Source of the DNA: an uncultured Bacillota bacterium
GTDB lineage: Bacteria; Sysuimicrobiota; Sysuimicrobiia; Sysuimicrobiales; Segetimicrobiaceae
DNA: 64,000 nucleotides
NCBI GenBank assembly: GCA_963804645.1
Contig: CAWDRG010000013.1
Span: 1 to 64,000, forward strand
Reading direction: 5' to 3'
The translations under genes and the position numbers were made by a program. The notes under the pieces are model-generated. The model saw only the letters and a program-made list of their open reading frames with translations, did no database searches and was not told where the DNA came from. Each line of letters begins with the position of its first letter. The stretch's first letter is position 1. Of this stretch, positions 9,591 to 19,838 are shown piece after piece.

Positions 9591-11915
9591 CTATGGCTTC
9601 GCAGTCCCCCGGAGGGCGCGCCAGACGCGTTCTGCGGTAAGCGGCATGTCGAGCGCCTCGATGCCAAACGGCCTGACGGCATCGAGCACGGCATTCACCA
9701 CGGCGGGCGGGGCGCCGGTGGTGCCCGCCTCACCGACCCCCTTCGCGCCCAAAAGGTTCGTCGGCGTACGCGTTTCGGTGCGATCCGTCTCGAAGCGCGG
9801 CAGCTGCGCTGCCGTGGGCACGGCGTAGTCGGAAAGCGATCCGGTCAGCAGCTGACCGTCATCGTCGTAGACGACTTCTTCCTGCAGCGCCTGCGCGATG
9901 CCCTGGGCCAGCCCACCGTGCACTTGTCCATCGACGAGGAGCGGATTGACAACAACACCGCAGTCGTCGACTGCCACGTAGCGCAGGATGCGGACCGCAC
10001 CCGTGTCCGGATCGAGTTCCACAACCGCGACGTGCGCCCCCGACGGCACCATCCCGCCTGACGCCTCGTAGCGGAGCGAGACTGCCAGTTCCATGGAACG
10101 GTCGGCCTCCGCGGCCTCTGCCAGGCGCGCGAACGTGACCGCCCGATCAGGGGCCCCGCGGACGGCCACGCGTCCATCTGCGAGCACCAAGTCGTCGGGC
10201 GAAGCTTCCAGGAGTCTCGCGGCGTGGGCAATTACCCGCTCGCGCACCGCGTCCGCGGCCTTCGCCACCGCGGATCCGCCGATCGCGAGCGACCGACTGC
10301 CGAACGTACCGACACCCTCCGGAACCACATCGGTGTCGCCGTGGCGCACGGCGATCTGGTCAAGGCTGACGCCCAGCCGGTCCGCCACGATCTGGCTGAA
10401 GACCGTCTCGTGTCCTTGGCCGTGCGCCGAGCTGCCGGTCAGCACCGTGACGGCACCGGACCGCTCCACCCGGACGGTCCCGTGCTCCCACGAGTCCCCC
10501 CCGCCCGCGATCTCGATCCAGGTCGCGATCCCGATGCCGAGCGGCGCCCCCCCGTCCCGTCGCCGTCGTCCCTGCTCACGCCGCCAGTCCTCGTAGCCGA
10601 CACGCTCCAGCGCGGCGTCCAGCGCCGCGTGGTAATTTCCCGAATCGTAGGCCAGGTGCGTCGCCCCTTGATATGGGAACCTCTCAATGAAGTTGCGGCG
10701 GCGCACTTCAGCCGGGTCGATCCCCGTACGGGCAGCGACGAGATCGATCAGCCGCTCGATGTAGTACGCGCCCTCGGGCCGGCCCGCGCCGCGATAGGCG
10801 CCGGTCGGCGTCAGCGTCGTGGCGGCCCCGCGCACCTGCAGCCGCACGTTCGGGATGCGGTACGCGCCGAGGGCTACCCGGGTCGTCAGAAACGGGATCA
10901 CCGCCGTGGAGGATAGACAGTATGCCCCCAGATCCGCGGTGATCTCGCCCGTCACGGCGCGCACGACGCCTTCCCGTGTCGCCGCGGCCCGGAGGCGGGC
11001 GCGCTGTCCGCGGCCGTGGGTCATAGCCCGCAGGTTCTCGGAACGGTCTTCAATCCACTTCACCGGCCGGCGCAGGCGATCGGCCAGATAGACCGCCAGC
11101 ACCTCGTCCGGATAGACTCCCCCCTTCGCCCCGAAGCCGCCCCCCACATCGGGAGCGATCACCCGGATTCGCTCCGGCGGCATTCCCAGCGCCTCGGCGA
11201 TCTCATCGCGGGCTCCGTGCGGGCCCTGCGTGGACAGCCAGACCTCCAGGCGGTCCCGCGCGCCGTCGTACGCCGCCACGACGCCCCGACATTCCATCGT
11301 AACCGGCGCGAGCCGCGGCTGCCGCAGATCGACCTCGACGACGATGTCGGCGTCCGCGAACGCTCGGTCCGGATCGCCGCTTTCGACATCGAGCGCGAAG
11401 ACGAGGTTGGAGCCGAGCGCCCCGTGCAGCACCGGGGCTCCGGGCGCCAGGGCCGCATCGACGTCCACGACGGGCACGAGCGGTTCATACTCGACCACGA
11501 CTCGCTCAGCCGCATCCCGTGCGGCATACGGGGCTCGTGCGACGACGGCGGCGACGGGCTGCCCCACGTAGCGGACGACCCCGTCCGCCAGGAGGGGATG
11601 GCGCGCGATCTCAACCCCCGGGAACATCCCTCCCGCCGGCACCACCGGGACGGGTGACGGAAGGTCGGCCGCGGTCACGATGGTCACCACCCCGGGGCTG
11701 GAGGCCGCGTCCGTCGTCCTTACGGCTCGAATCCGAGCGTGTGCATGCGGCGAGCGGACGATCCGCAGATACACGGTATCGGGTGGCATGATGTCGTCGA
11801 GGAATCGGCCGGCGCCCGTGATGAGAGAGAGATCCTCGCGCCGGCGCACCGCCGCGCCGACGAACGGCCCGTGGCCCCTGCGACGATCGATCGAATCGGG
11901 GAGGGATGCCTCCAC
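9591..11915 (-). CDS. Xanthine dehydrogenase-family Mo-binding subunit (form II CoxL-like)
   Basis: RREDLSLITG.GRF, DVGGGFGAK, AYRGAGRPE, GQGHET, GAKGVGE. Start placed at the GTG after a GAGGTG RBS. Confidence 0.88.
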   Translation of the reverse strand: MEASLPDSIDRRRGHGPFVGAAVRRREDLSLITGAGRFLDDIMPPDTVYLRIVRSPHAHARIRAVRTTDAASSPGVVTIVTAADLPSPVPVVPAGGMFPGVEIARHPLLADGVVRYVGQPVAAVVARAPYAARDAAERVVVEYEPLVPVVDVDAALAPGAPVLHGALGSNLVFALDVESGDPDRAFADADIVVEVDLRQPRLAPVTMECRGVVAAYDGARDRLEVWLSTQGPHGARDEIAEALGMPPERIRVIAPDVGGGFGAKGGVYPDEVLAVYLADRLRRPVKWIEDRSENLRAMTHGRGQRARLRAAATREGVVRAVTGEITADLGAYCLSSTAVIPFLTTRVALGAYRIPNVRLQVRGAATTLTPTGAYRGAGRPEGAYYIERLIDLVAARTGIDPAEVRRRNFIERFPYQGATHLAYDSGNYHAALDAALERVGYEDWRREQGRRRRDGGAPLGIGIATWIEIAGGGDSWEHGTVRVERSGAVTVLTGSSAHGQGHETVFSQIVADRLGVSLDQIAVRHGDTDVVPEGVGTFGSRSLAIGGSAVAKAADAVRERVIAHAARLLEASPDDLVLADGRVAVRGAPDRAVTFARLAEAAEADRSMELAVSLRYEASGGMVPSGAHVAVVELDPDTGAVRILRYVAVDDCGVVVNPLLVDGQVHGGLAQGIAQALQEEVVYDDDGQLLTGSLSDYAVPTAAQLPRFETDRTETRTPTNLLGAKGVGEAGTTGAPPAVVNAVLDAVRPFGIEALDMPLTAERVWRALRGTAKP

Positions 11916-12104
11916 GGGTCCGCACCTCACTCTGCCGGCCGGGAGCCCGTCGCCCTACGGGTTCCCTTGCACACGGCTTCGCTATCCAGCTCGCTCTCAA
12001 TATAGCAGAGGGCGCGCAGGAGAAAACACGCCGCGGGCGCTGCGCTGACCCGACTGCGTTTGAGGACGAAGCGACCAATCAGTTGGGGTGAGAAATCATC
12101 GGAA

Positions 12105-12338
12105 CCCTTTACACGAATCCGTCTTCCCGAGCGCCTGGCCCAGCAGGCCCATCGATCCATGTGTCGCGGGTTCGCCGTGACCACCTCCGGACTCGGAGTC
12201 CCAGCCCAGAGCTCGTGGTCCACGCCCGCGCAAGGATGCGCTTGACCGGGATACGCGTGATCGAGAATAGTGCTATCCGCGAGACGCCCGCGGATGATTC
12301 GGATAAACGCGGACGTGTCGTAGACGTGCGCAACTCAC
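12105..12338 (-). pseudogene. Degenerate VapC/PIN toxin (5' frameshift and internal deletion)
   Basis: HVYDTSAFIRIIRG...HELWAG joined directly to VVTANPRH. The GTGA overlap with the antitoxin stop is out of frame. Confidence 0.6.
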
Positions 12339-12535
12339 GATTTCGGTGCGCGGCGGTAGGCATCCATGAGGGTACCGCGCTCGCGCAGTTGCCGCATCCC
12401 CTCCGCACTGTCCTGACGAGTCAGCATCGCGCTGACAGCGCGTCGTACTGCCTCGCTCTCGCTAACCTTGAGTCGGGCAGCGAGCTCCCGCACGCTGAGC
12501 GCGTCCACGATGAGATTCTTTCGCTGCATCGTCAT
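12335..12535 (-). CDS. Putative RHH/CopG-like antitoxin
   Basis: RKNLIVD...ELAARLKVSESEAVRRAV. Lies upstream of the PIN remnant. Confidence 0.6.
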   Translation of the reverse strand: MTMQRKNLIVDALSVRELAARLKVSESEAVRRAVSAMLTRQDSAEGMRQLRERGTLMDAYRRAPKS

Positions 12536-12618
12536 CCGGAGTCTCCTGTGTGTATATAATCTGAGGTGTTCACGTACGGGGTCTTGGAAGATGACGGTCA
12601 CAAAGCAGGAGGCCGGAC

Positions 12619-13458
12619 GTGGCAACGAAATCGGACCCTCTAAAGGTGCCGGGCGCGCGGCTCTACTACGAGGCTCACGGGTCGGGCCCGGTGCTGCTGA
12701 TGATTCCCGGAGGCCCCGCCGACGCCGGGATCTTCGCCGGTCTCGCCAAGCTGCTCGCGGACCGCTACACCGTGGTCCCCTACGATCCCCGTGGTAACTC
12801 CCGCAGCGTGGTCGACGGACCGCCAGAGGATCAGCGGATGGACGTCCACGGCGACGACGCCGCGCAGCTCCTGGCGGCGCTCGGCGGCGAGCCGGCGTAT
12901 GTGCTGGGGAGCAGCGGGGGTGCGCAGATCGGGCTCAATCTGGCCGCCCGCCATCCCGAGCGGGTACGTGCCCTGGTGGCACACGAGCCGCCGTGCGTGA
13001 CACTGCTGCCCGACGCCACGGAGCAGCGGGCCTTCATGGAGGAAGTGTACGAAGCCTACCGGACGGGCGGGGTCGGCCCCGCGATGCAGAAGTTCGCCGC
13101 GGGCGCCGGGTTGGCAGGCGATCCGCGGCCAGGCAAGGCGGCACCACCGCCCCCGCCGCCCGCCGAGATGAAGGAAGCGTTCGGCCGACTCACGGGCAAC
13201 ATAGATTTTTTCCTGGCCCACGGGGTGAAGCCGATCAGCCTGTACGTCCCCGATGTCGCCGCCCTGCGAGCAGGGTCGACCCGGGTCATCGTGGGCGTCG
13301 GGGAGACCTCTAAGGAACAGTTGGCCTACCGCGCCGCGGTCGCCCTGGCCGAGCGGCTTGGCACCGCCCCGGTGACCTTTCCCGGGGGCCACAGCGGCTA
13401 CGTGGATCAGCCCGGCGCGTTCGCCGAGACACTGCACCGGGTGCTCCGGGGCGAATAG
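12619..13458 (+). CDS. Alpha/beta hydrolase
   Basis: YDPRG, GSSGG nucleophile elbow, HEPP, FPGGH. AGGAGG RBS. Confidence 0.9.
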   Translation: MATKSDPLKVPGARLYYEAHGSGPVLLMIPGGPADAGIFAGLAKLLADRYTVVPYDPRGNSRSVVDGPPEDQRMDVHGDDAAQLLAALGGEPAYVLGSSGGAQIGLNLAARHPERVRALVAHEPPCVTLLPDATEQRAFMEEVYEAYRTGGVGPAMQKFAAGAGLAGDPRPGKAAPPPPPPAEMKEAFGRLTGNIDFFLAHGVKPISLYVPDVAALRAGSTRVIVGVGETSKEQLAYRAAVALAERLGTAPVTFPGGHSGYVDQPGAFAETLHRVLRGE

Positions 13459-13581
13459 CCGATAATCGGAGATATTATACACACGGCCGTTCTCTACGTA
13501 AGGGGGGCACCGTCTCCGCAGACGCCTCGCCCCGGCGATACCGTCCACCGGTCGATGTCAACCCGCCTGGCAAGAGACCGG

Positions 13582-14796
13582 TCACTGGACGGTGAAACGA
13601 GACTTCATCAGCACGACCGTATAGGGGTTCCACGTCGACATCACATAGTACAGATCGAGTTCCGCGCCCACGCGTTTCGTCCATCGCTCGACCACGTACG
13701 GAGCGTAGAGGCCGCCCTCGACGCCCTCCGGATGCGAGGTCCCCTGCCCAATCACCGGCCCGGCCAGGCCGTCGTTGGAGCCGGCTTTGTGAATGAACTT
13801 CCCGAGGCCGTCGTCTGACGTGAACAGCGTCTGCGGCTGGCTCCAGGGTCCCCACGGCGTCCGCGAATATGAGAACAGGAGGCCTTTCGGGTCGCGGCTG
13901 TCGTAGTTCATCAGCCACACTCCGAGATCCCGACACCACGTTACCGATAGGTCGCCCAGCGTCCCGTTGCTGACGATCGCCGTCGCATCGGACTCGCGGT
14001 CGCTCCACGTCGGCGCGCCCGACGCATCCAGGCCGGCGAAATAGCGCGTGCCGTTTCCGGTCTCGAAGGTCGCGACCGGGACGATGGACAGGTACGCGTC
14101 GCTCTTTCGGTACACGCCTGTGCCCCACACAAGGACGTACGGCCCGCCGGACGGCAGGCCCGCCATCGGCCCAGGGGCAGGCTGCGCGTGCATGGACATC
14201 TTGACGAATCGCCCCGCCGGGAGTTGCGAGATCGTGCGAAGCGGCTGAAACGTCTTCGGGGCGGTGAACTTCGTGAGGACGGACCGGTCGGTCGACCGAT
14301 CCGCCGAATGGTTTGTGCTGACGGCGACGTACGTCTGTCCCCCAAGATCGATGCCGGCCACCGGCACCTCGAACGCGCCCATGCTGATGCCGGGTGGCTG
14401 AATCGTCAGATAATACTGGCCATCTGTCAGGAAATCCAGGCGCACCCCCTGCTCGGGATCAGTCACGTCGGTCGTGCCGATCGAGTCGAGCGCGTGCCCC
14501 CAATGACCGACCGTGTCGCCGAACAAGAAATAGACCCGTCCCGCGTGTTCGAAGGAGTTCCCGAGATCGGTCCCGATGAGACCGTATCGCTTGGCAGTCT
14601 GGCTGAGCGTCGGTTGATGCCGCTGCTTGTCCGTGTCGCCGATGAGCTGTTCGAGTTTCATCGTCGATCCGGCCACATAGTGCAGGGTTGGCGCGCTGCC
14701 GGAGCCTTGCGCACCGGCGGAGAACGCCGGTTGAGCGCTGTTGCCGGTGACCACGAGGAGCAAGACGACGATCGCGCACGCCACTGACCTCTTCAT
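13582..14796 (-). CDS. Secreted DUF4185-like protein
   Basis: GAGGAGG RBS, signal peptide, GTDLG...FLFGDT, PWGPWS, GLYAPY, MSTWNPY. Confidence 0.7.
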   Translation of the reverse strand: MKRSVACAIVVLLLVVTGNSAQPAFSAGAQGSGSAPTLHYVAGSTMKLEQLIGDTDKQRHQPTLSQTAKRYGLIGTDLGNSFEHAGRVYFLFGDTVGHWGHALDSIGTTDVTDPEQGVRLDFLTDGQYYLTIQPPGISMGAFEVPVAGIDLGGQTYVAVSTNHSADRSTDRSVLTKFTAPKTFQPLRTISQLPAGRFVKMSMHAQPAPGPMAGLPSGGPYVLVWGTGVYRKSDAYLSIVPVATFETGNGTRYFAGLDASGAPTWSDRESDATAIVSNGTLGDLSVTWCRDLGVWLMNYDSRDPKGLLFSYSRTPWGPWSQPQTLFTSDDGLGKFIHKAGSNDGLAGPVIGQGTSHPEGVEGGLYAPYVVERWTKRVGAELDLYYVMSTWNPYTVVLMKSRFTVQ

Positions 14797-14983
14797 TGCG
14801 CCTCCTCGTCGAACGACGGATACCACAGGGCGAACGCGATGCCCCGCGCGCCCGCCGGGATTCTTCAGCAGTTCCCCGCTTCCCTGTCACGACGCCGTCA
14901 GACTCCGCGGAGGATCTGCGTCGCGCGTGGGGAACAGCATTACGCTCGCCGTGAAGCACAGCCGCAGCATTCGGGGGGATCAG

Positions 14984-16469
14984 ATGCAGAATCGACCGTC
15001 TCGGTGGATGACACGCGTGGCGCTCGTCGCGATCGCAGTCCTGGCGCTCGCGCACCCGGGCAGCCTGGCGCTCGCGCAGAGCACAGCCCCGGCTAAGGCA
15101 CCCGCCAGGCCAGCGTCGCATCCGAACATCGTGTTCGTCCTCACCGACGATCTCTCGTGGAACCTCGTGCAATACATGCCGCACGTGCTGCAGATGCAGA
15201 AAGACGGCGTGACGTTCGCACACTACTTCGTCACGGATTCGCTGTGCTGCCCCTCCCGGTCTTCGATCTTCACCGGACGCTACCCGCACGATACCGGGGT
15301 GTTCAGGAATACCGGGGAGGATGGCGGCTATTCCGCGTTCCAGGCGCACAACGATCAACGCGCGACCTATGCCACCGCGCTGGCCGCCGCGGGCTATCAT
15401 GCCGCGATGCTCGGCAAGTACCTCAATGGCTACCGCCCCCGCAAGGATAAGGCCGACCCGGGGTGGACGTCGTGGTCGGTGGCCGGCGACGCCTATAAGG
15501 AGTTCAACTACGATCTCAATCAAGACGGCAAGGTGCATCACTATGCCCAGGAGCCCCAGAACTATCTGACCGATGTCGTGTCTGGGCTGGCCACGAGCTG
15601 GATCAAGCGGCAGAAGGGCACGCCGTTCGTCATCGAGGTGGCGACCTTCGCTCCGCACGCGCCCTACATCCCCGCTCCCCGCGACGCCGACAAGTACCCG
15701 GGACTGCAGGCGCCGCGGACTCAGGCGTTCGACGCAGCGCCTGACGCGAACGCGCCAAACTGGCTGAAGGAGGTAGCGCGCGCTGTCGCGGGCGGACATC
15801 GCCAGGATCAACAAGGCGTACCGGATGCGGGCTCAGTCCGTCCTCGCCGTCGACGAGATGATCGGCCAGCTGCAGGCGGCCGTGGCGGCGATCGGGGAAC
15901 AGAACAACACGTATTTCGTCTTCAGCTCCGACAACGGGCTCCACATGGGGGAGTACCGCCTGATGCCGGGCAAGATGACCCCCTACGACATCGACGTGCA
16001 CGTCCCGCTGATCATCACCGGCCCGGGCGTGGCGGCGGGCCGGACGGTCCAAGGCATCGTGCAGAACATCGACCTCACGCCCACCTTTGCGGAACTCACG
16101 GGGGCGACGACGCCCGGGGACGTTGACGGCCGCAGCCTCGCGGCCCTGCTGCAGGGCCAGGACCTCGCGGACTGGCGCACGGCGACGCTGGTCGAGCACC
16201 ATTCATTTACCGACCCGAACGACCCAGACGCGCCCGAACCCCGGAGCGGGAATCCGCCGAGCTACGAGGCGTTCATCACCCCGACAACGCTGTACGTCGA
16301 GTACGTCGGCGGCGTGATGGAATACCACAATCTCTCCACGGATCCGTGGGAGCTGCACAACACGTACGCGTCGCTCTCCCCCACAGAGCGGCAGACATTC
16401 CACGCGAGGCTTCAGGCACTGATCAACTGCCACACCGCGCAGAGCTGCTGGACCGCGGCACACTTCTGA
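14984..16469 (+). CDS. Secreted sulfatase (GlcNAc-6-sulfatase-like), frameshift near 15776-15783
   Basis: NIVFVLTDD, CCPSR, SSDNG, GKMTPY. The frame changes within a (GC)n run. Confidence 0.85.
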
Positions 16470-16721
16470 GTTGCGGACGCGGCCGCGCGGATCGTCGGAC
16501 GGCGTGTGTGACGACTCCGCCGCCCGTCGTAACGGGAGAGGCGCCGCGCTCCCCGCTGCTCCACAGACGAAGCGCCGGCCACCGGATCTCGGGGGTTCAA
16601 CGCGGGCACGTCGCTTCGCCGCGCCCTGTAATGCGCCTCAGCCGAGTCCCACGAGACCGGACGCGCCTCCCAAGTTGGACGGTCGCGAACGCTACAGGTC
16701 CACTGGCGGAGCAAGGAGACG

Positions 16722-17618
16722 ATGATGACGCCGACCCAAATAACTCGAAGGACGATCGTCTTCGCGTTGGTTGCGTGTGTGCTGGGCACTTCGGTTCCGA
16801 CCCGCGCCGCTACTGCATATTCGTTCACCTTTCTTCGGCTTTACTCCGGCTTCGACGACGCGGCGGGAATCAACGACCGCGGGGACATTGTAGGCGGCCA
16901 CCCCGCTCCGCCCCTCGGAACGGTGGGCTATGTCCGTGCCGCGAGCGGCGCGATCACATCCTTTAATATCCCGGGGGCGTTTTACACAAATGCTTGGGGC
17001 ATCAACGACGCCGGACAGATCGTCGGAGACGCTGGCGATCCGAGCAAGTTCCTCCATAGCTTCTTGCGAAGCGCGAGTGGCGCGTTGTCGAGTATCGATC
17101 CTCCAGGTGCGCTCGGCTCTGACGCGTTCGGTATCAACAACGTCGGACAGATCGTCGGACGCTTTTTCGACGCGCACCACACCCTACATGGGTACCTGCG
17201 TGCGGCCGATGGGACGTTCACGACCATTGATGTCCCGCGCACGGTCCGGACCGATGCGAATGGCATCAACGATGCCGGCCAGATCGTAGGGACATTTTAC
17301 GCTCCGTCAGAAGCCCAGGCCCACGGGTATCTGCGCGCGACTAATGGGACGCTCACTATAATTGATGTCCCGCACGCGGCTCAGACTGAGGCGCACGGCA
17401 TCAACAACGCCGGGCAGATCGTGGGGACGCTGACAGACACACACGAGGAGATCCACGGGTACGTACGCAACTCGAATGGCACGTTCACCGAGATCAATGC
17501 TGCGGCGCCGCCCACGCAAACCGTGTTGATCGGCATCAACAACGTTGGGCAAATTGCCGGATACGCACAATTCGGTCACTACCCAAACGTGGGCGGCTTT
17601 TTCGGAACTCCGCGGTGA
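16722..17618 (+). CDS. Secreted HAF-like repeat protein (6 repeats, probable beta-propeller)
   Basis: Signal peptide plus six GIN[DN]xG[QD]IxG repeats. Confidence 0.8.
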   Translation: MMTPTQITRRTIVFALVACVLGTSVPTRAATAYSFTFLRLYSGFDDAAGINDRGDIVGGHPAPPLGTVGYVRAASGAITSFNIPGAFYTNAWGINDAGQIVGDAGDPSKFLHSFLRSASGALSSIDPPGALGSDAFGINNVGQIVGRFFDAHHTLHGYLRAADGTFTTIDVPRTVRTDANGINDAGQIVGTFYAPSEAQAHGYLRATNGTLTIIDVPHAAQTEAHGINNAGQIVGTLTDTHEEIHGYVRNSNGTFTEINAAAPPTQTVLIGINNVGQIAGYAQFGHYPNVGGFFGTPR

Positions 17619-18455
17619 GACGGGAGACCTTTCTCGGCCCGCGCTGACAGGAGGCCATCTGCCAGCGGTCGCGACGGACGCGCTCAGCTAGAGAGGCTGC
17701 GCTGGCGTCGCGAGCACCCGACGCCGAGCAGGCGGCAGCACGAACGAGTGGGCGGAAGCCGTCGCGTAGGTGCACTCTGACGAGCGTACGGTGAACGGAG
17801 CGCGGCGGGCCACGTGATCGCCGCCATGTCCTATGGGGGTCAACGCCCGAACGGTCTCGTCTTGACGGCCTTCCCGGCATCCATCAGCGTGGTCTATTTC
17901 GCGCTGGCTACAATGCTGTCGTCGGCCCCGGAGTTCATGAGCCTGCGTGCAGTGCTGGGTAACACTCGGTGGGCACTCACGATCAGATGGACGCATCGAG
18001 GCGATGACGACTCGCGCTCAGGCCCGTCGAGAGGCACGATAGGAGGCTAACGGAGTTCCTCGCCGCCACGGCACGAACGTTCGAGTACCGTCCCGTTCCC
18101 TCGCGCTTGCACCCCAGGTCGAGACTGCCCACCGGCAAAGCCGTTTTCCGCGCTCGGATGTGTTCGGTCGAACCCCGGCGCTCTAGCCGCGGGATCGCGC
18201 TTACGGCGGAGCGGTCATACGGTTTGAGGTTTGTGACGCCGTGCCGCGGGGCGCTGGCAAACGCGTCGAGTCAGTCCGTTGCCGGCCGTGAACCGGGTCC
18301 CCTCCTGCGGGGAACTGTGTGTCCGTTCGGTCGAGTCCTGTCTGCGTGCTAGGGTTTCATTCGGCCCACGTCCGCCGCGGTGTGATACCGCGCACTCAAG
18401 AGTGCGCCACTCGTTGAGCACCGCGACGCGATCCCGCGCGAACGCCGAGGCGGTG

Positions 18456-19838
18456 CTACCGAGTTCGTTCTTCCTTCCTCGCGCCGAGCCTGATATTTAC
18501 CGCCGCGACCGCCGCAAACGCAGCCAAAGCAGCATAGTAGCCGGGGCCGTATTGGATCGCCCAGCCCGGTGGCACTGACCCGGACGCAACAAAGGGGAAC
18601 ACGCTGCCTTGCACGAACACGAAGATGTTCGGGAAGTTACTGCGTAGAACGATCTCAAACAGAACGAGCGCCCCGAGGCCGATTCCCCCGAGCCACGCCG
18701 CTAACGCTTCTCGAGCGCGTATCAGCGCAGCCCCGAGCACACTCGCACCGAAGGCCACGAACAGAACGACCGATACGCGTGGGGGGGCCAGGATCATCAA
18801 GCGAATCCCGTTCGACACGTCAAAGGGGACCCCCTCGCGCAGGAGCGTGATGAACGGTAGAAGAAACGACGCGGCCGCGCCTGCAAACAAGGCCGTGGAG
18901 AGCCGTCGAGGATACTCGTCCTTCGACGCCGCGCCAATGAAGTTGAGCGCGGCCGCGGCCGCGAGGCCCGCTAGTGCGGCATAGAAGCCCGGCCCATCGG
19001 GAAGGATTCCGAGCGTGGGCGCCTCCGTGGCCAAAGTCGTCCCGAAGCCCACAAGTCCGCCAATTCCGACCGCCGCCACCCAAGCCACAAATGCGCTTGG
19101 ACCCGTCAGGCTCGCGAAGATCCCCACCGTGCTGGCCCCGAGCGCGGCCCGCCCCCAGATGGCGAGCGCCGCCGCCGGCCCCCACCGCGGCGGAAACTGA
19201 AACGAGGACGTATCTCCCGGAGCGCCCATGAGCTGGATCACGCTTGGGCTCGGCGGAAGCGGAAACCAAGTCCCGCCCGCGCCGCGCGCGAAGTCAAGAA
19301 TCCGAGACGAGACGGGTAGAAAGAAGGCAACGACCGCGACGGCGAACGCGGCAATCGAGCAGAGACGTGCGCGGGACGTCGCCTGCGCGCCGAGCGTGAC
19401 GTTCGGCGCCGACGCCAGCACCAGCGCAGCCATCGCGATATAGAAACCGCTCTCGGTCCGCAGGGCGGGCAAGTTGCCGCTCGCCAGCACGGCCTGGAGA
19501 TTGGACTGGAAGATGGCGAGCGCGCCGGCACCGATCCCGCCGAGCCACGTGAACGGCGCCCGCGAAAATCGAAGACTCAAGAGACACCCAACCACGGCGG
19601 CCCCGAACGCGATCCATACCCAGAGTGCGAGATTGGGGGGCGGGACAGGGTACGGCACTACGTAAATGTCCCCGAACCGCGTGAGGCTGATTCCACCGAT
19701 CATGAGCGGAACTGCGCTTCCCGACAGCGCGGGAACCATGTTGGTGTTGGGGGTAGTGAACCAGGGCAGAAAGAACGCTGCGCTCGCGACGGCGAACATC
19801 ACGACCGAGAAAAATTGTTTATCAAGGGGTTCTTTCAA
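18456..19838 (-). CDS. Multi-pass membrane protein with 3 internal repeats
   Basis: Hydrophobic. The unit FFLP...AFGA...WLGGIG...GFYAALA occurs three times. Confidence 0.7.
   Translation of the reverse strand: MKEPLDKQFFSVVMFAVASAAFFLPWFTTPNTNMVPALSGSAVPLMIGGISLTRFGDIYVVPYPVPPPNLALWVWIAFGAAVVGCLLSLRFSRAPFTWLGGIGAGALAIFQSNLQAVLASGNLPALRTESGFYIAMAALVLASAPNVTLGAQATSRARLCSIAAFAVAVVAFFLPVSSRILDFARGAGGTWFPLPPSPSVIQLMGAPGDTSSFQFPPRWGPAAALAIWGRAALGASTVGIFASLTGPSAFVAWVAAVGIGGLVGFGTTLATEAPTLGILPDGPGFYAALAGLAAAAALNFIGAASKDEYPRRLSTALFAGAAASFLLPFITLLREGVPFDVSNGIRLMILAPPRVSVVLFVAFGASVLGAALIRAREALAAWLGGIGLGALVLFEIVLRSNFPNIFVFVQGSVFPFVASGSVPPGWAIQYGPGYYAALAAFAAVAAVNIRLGARKEERTR

Noticed and set aside
18287..18315. 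CCGTGAACCGGGTC resembles the start of the SRP RNA core
   Set aside because: The required AGG..CGGAAG..AGCAG continuation is absent.
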